Assembly: GCA_027451405.1 (NCBI GenBank)
Contig: DAIDJM010000024.1
Coordinates: 1,411-65,410, forward strand
DNA from: Acetobacteraceae bacterium
GTDB lineage: Bacteria; Pseudomonadota; Alphaproteobacteria; Acetobacterales; Acetobacteraceae
Length of the DNA stretch: 64,000 nucleotides
Reading direction: 5' to 3'
This document shows, one piece after another, positions 62,933 to 64,000 of the stretch (position 1 is its first letter; each line of letters begins with the position of its first letter). The notes below the pieces were generated by a model. That model had not been told where the DNA came from, searched no databases, and was given only the letters and a program-made list of their open reading frames with translations. Both the position numbers and the translations under genes were made by a program.

Positions 62933-64000
62933 TCAATCCCCGGCGCCGGAATGCAGGGGAAGGCGCGCGGTGGCGGGTGGCGTCCAGGTCTGGAAGCGCA
63001 GGCCCCGGAAGGATTGCGCGACCCCGATCGCGGTGGCGACGAGCGCCAGCGCGATGTTGGTGAGGGTGGCGAATGGCCGCGGACGGATGACCAGACTCAC
63101 GTAGCCGGCTGCTGCCGTCAGCAGGAGGCCGGCAAGCGCCAGCGTAGCGAAGCCCGCCATCGCCGTGGCGAGCAGCAGGAAGACGACGCCCGCTCCGGCC
63201 AGATAGGCGGCGTGCCAGCGTAGCCATTTGTGCGAAACATATTTGTAGAGATCGAGCGCCGCCATGCGGCGCAGGTGTGGCCAGAGCGCCCGGTGGACGT
63301 TCATGGCCTGGCAAGCGATGCGAATCTTGCGGCGGAACTCTTCGTCGGCCTGCGCCACCGGCGGTTCGTTCGCGACGGCGTCGGCCGCGCGCACGATCCG
63401 TTTTCCTTGCAGCAAAACCGAGAAAGAGACGAACATGTCGTCGATCAGATCGGGCGGCGGGGGAGTATGGAGCGACCGGCGGATGGCGAAAATCGAGCCG
63501 TCCGCGCCCATCACCGAGCCCGTGTCGCTCTCGAGCGCCTTGATGCGCTCCTCGAGCCGCCAGTAGAACGAACCCACCTTCGCCGCGGCGTGACCTGGCG
63601 TTCCGTCATCGTATTGAAGGTGGCCGCAGACGCACCCCACCTCGGGGTCGGCAAACGGGGCGAGGAGGTTCGGGATCGCATCGCTGGCGAAACACACATT
63701 GGCATCGCTGAAGACGATGATCTCGGCGTCGCAGCCGGCGACAAGCCGGTTCATGCCAAACGTCTTGCCGTGCCGATCGGTGCAATGATCGATCCGGATG
63801 CGGCCCGCATAGGGTGCAAGTGCCGCCATCGTGCCATCGCTGGCGCCATCGACATAAATGGCGATGTCGAGGTCCGGCATGTGGGCCCGCGCGGCGAGCA
63901 GATTCTCGACGCGGCCGGCGATCGTGGCGGCCTCATTATAAGCGCAGACGCATACCGCGACACCGGACGGGCGCCACCCCTCGATGGGCGAGATCGGGCG
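62933..64000 (-). CDS. Glycosyltransferase family 2 with C-terminal TM helices; 5' end probably beyond the window
   Basis: The frame stays open upstream of the track ATG (63880) to the window edge: ...GVAVCVCAYNEAATIAGRVENLL... Also FSDANVCF (DxD-like) and the TM tail AGAGVVFLLLATAMAGFATLALAGLLL. Confidence 0.75.
   Translation of the reverse strand, partial: RPISPIEGWRPSGVAVCVCAYNEAATIAGRVENLLAARAHMPDLDIAIYVDGASDGTMAALAPYAGRIRIDHCTDRHGKTFGMNRLVAGCDAEIIVFSDANVCFASDAIPNLLAPFADPEVGCVCGHLQYDDGTPGHAAAKVGSFYWRLEERIKALESDTGSVMGADGSIFAIRRSLHTPPPPDLIDDMFVSFSVLLQGKRIVRAADAVANEPPVAQADEEFRRKIRIACQAMNVHRALWPHLRRMAALDLYKYVSHKWLRWHAAYLAGAGVVFLLLATAMAGFATLALAGLLLTAAAGYVSLVIRPRPFATLTNIALALVATAIGVAQSFRGLRFQTWTPPATARLPLHSGAGD

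Overview
High-GC (spot counts ~70-73% GC) alphaproteobacterial chromosome segment, mostly conserved housekeeping operons. These include bioF; a chvG-hprK-rapZ-EIIA(Man)-HPr-EI phosphotransferase cluster; ltaE-dapB; ribF-ileS-lspA; mutL; typA; a tandem glycine riboswitch with gcvTHP; pqiBCA; infA-maf-rng-yacG with tRNA-Phe; hisGD; murA; dcd with tRNA-Thr; and a glf/glycosyltransferase cluster. The less ordinary content falls into four groups. (1) Three families of dispersed palindromic intergenic repeats. REP-A is a ~61-nt two-hairpin element with at least 19 copies. PAL-B is a 116-142-nt long palindrome with 4 copies. ATR-C is an AT-rich composite hairpin element with 3 copies. (2) Two small low-GC islands, each lying exactly between an inward-facing inverted pair of REP-A copies. 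One carries a decorated HslV/proteasome-beta-like Thr1/Asp17/Lys33 protein plus an overlapping 58-aa ORF. The other carries an orphan HhH-GPD-like protein. (3) REP-A sequence translated in frame inside or at the 3' end of three genes. (4) Unusual regulators: a 1725-aa CheB-CheR-PAS-GAF-HK-REC-REC-LuxR fusion, and a cytoplasmic HtrA-like pseudoprotease coupled to a LuxR-type gene. No CRISPR array, integrase or transposase gene is visible. All calls rest on reading the sequence and translations and on remembered family motifs. No searches were run.
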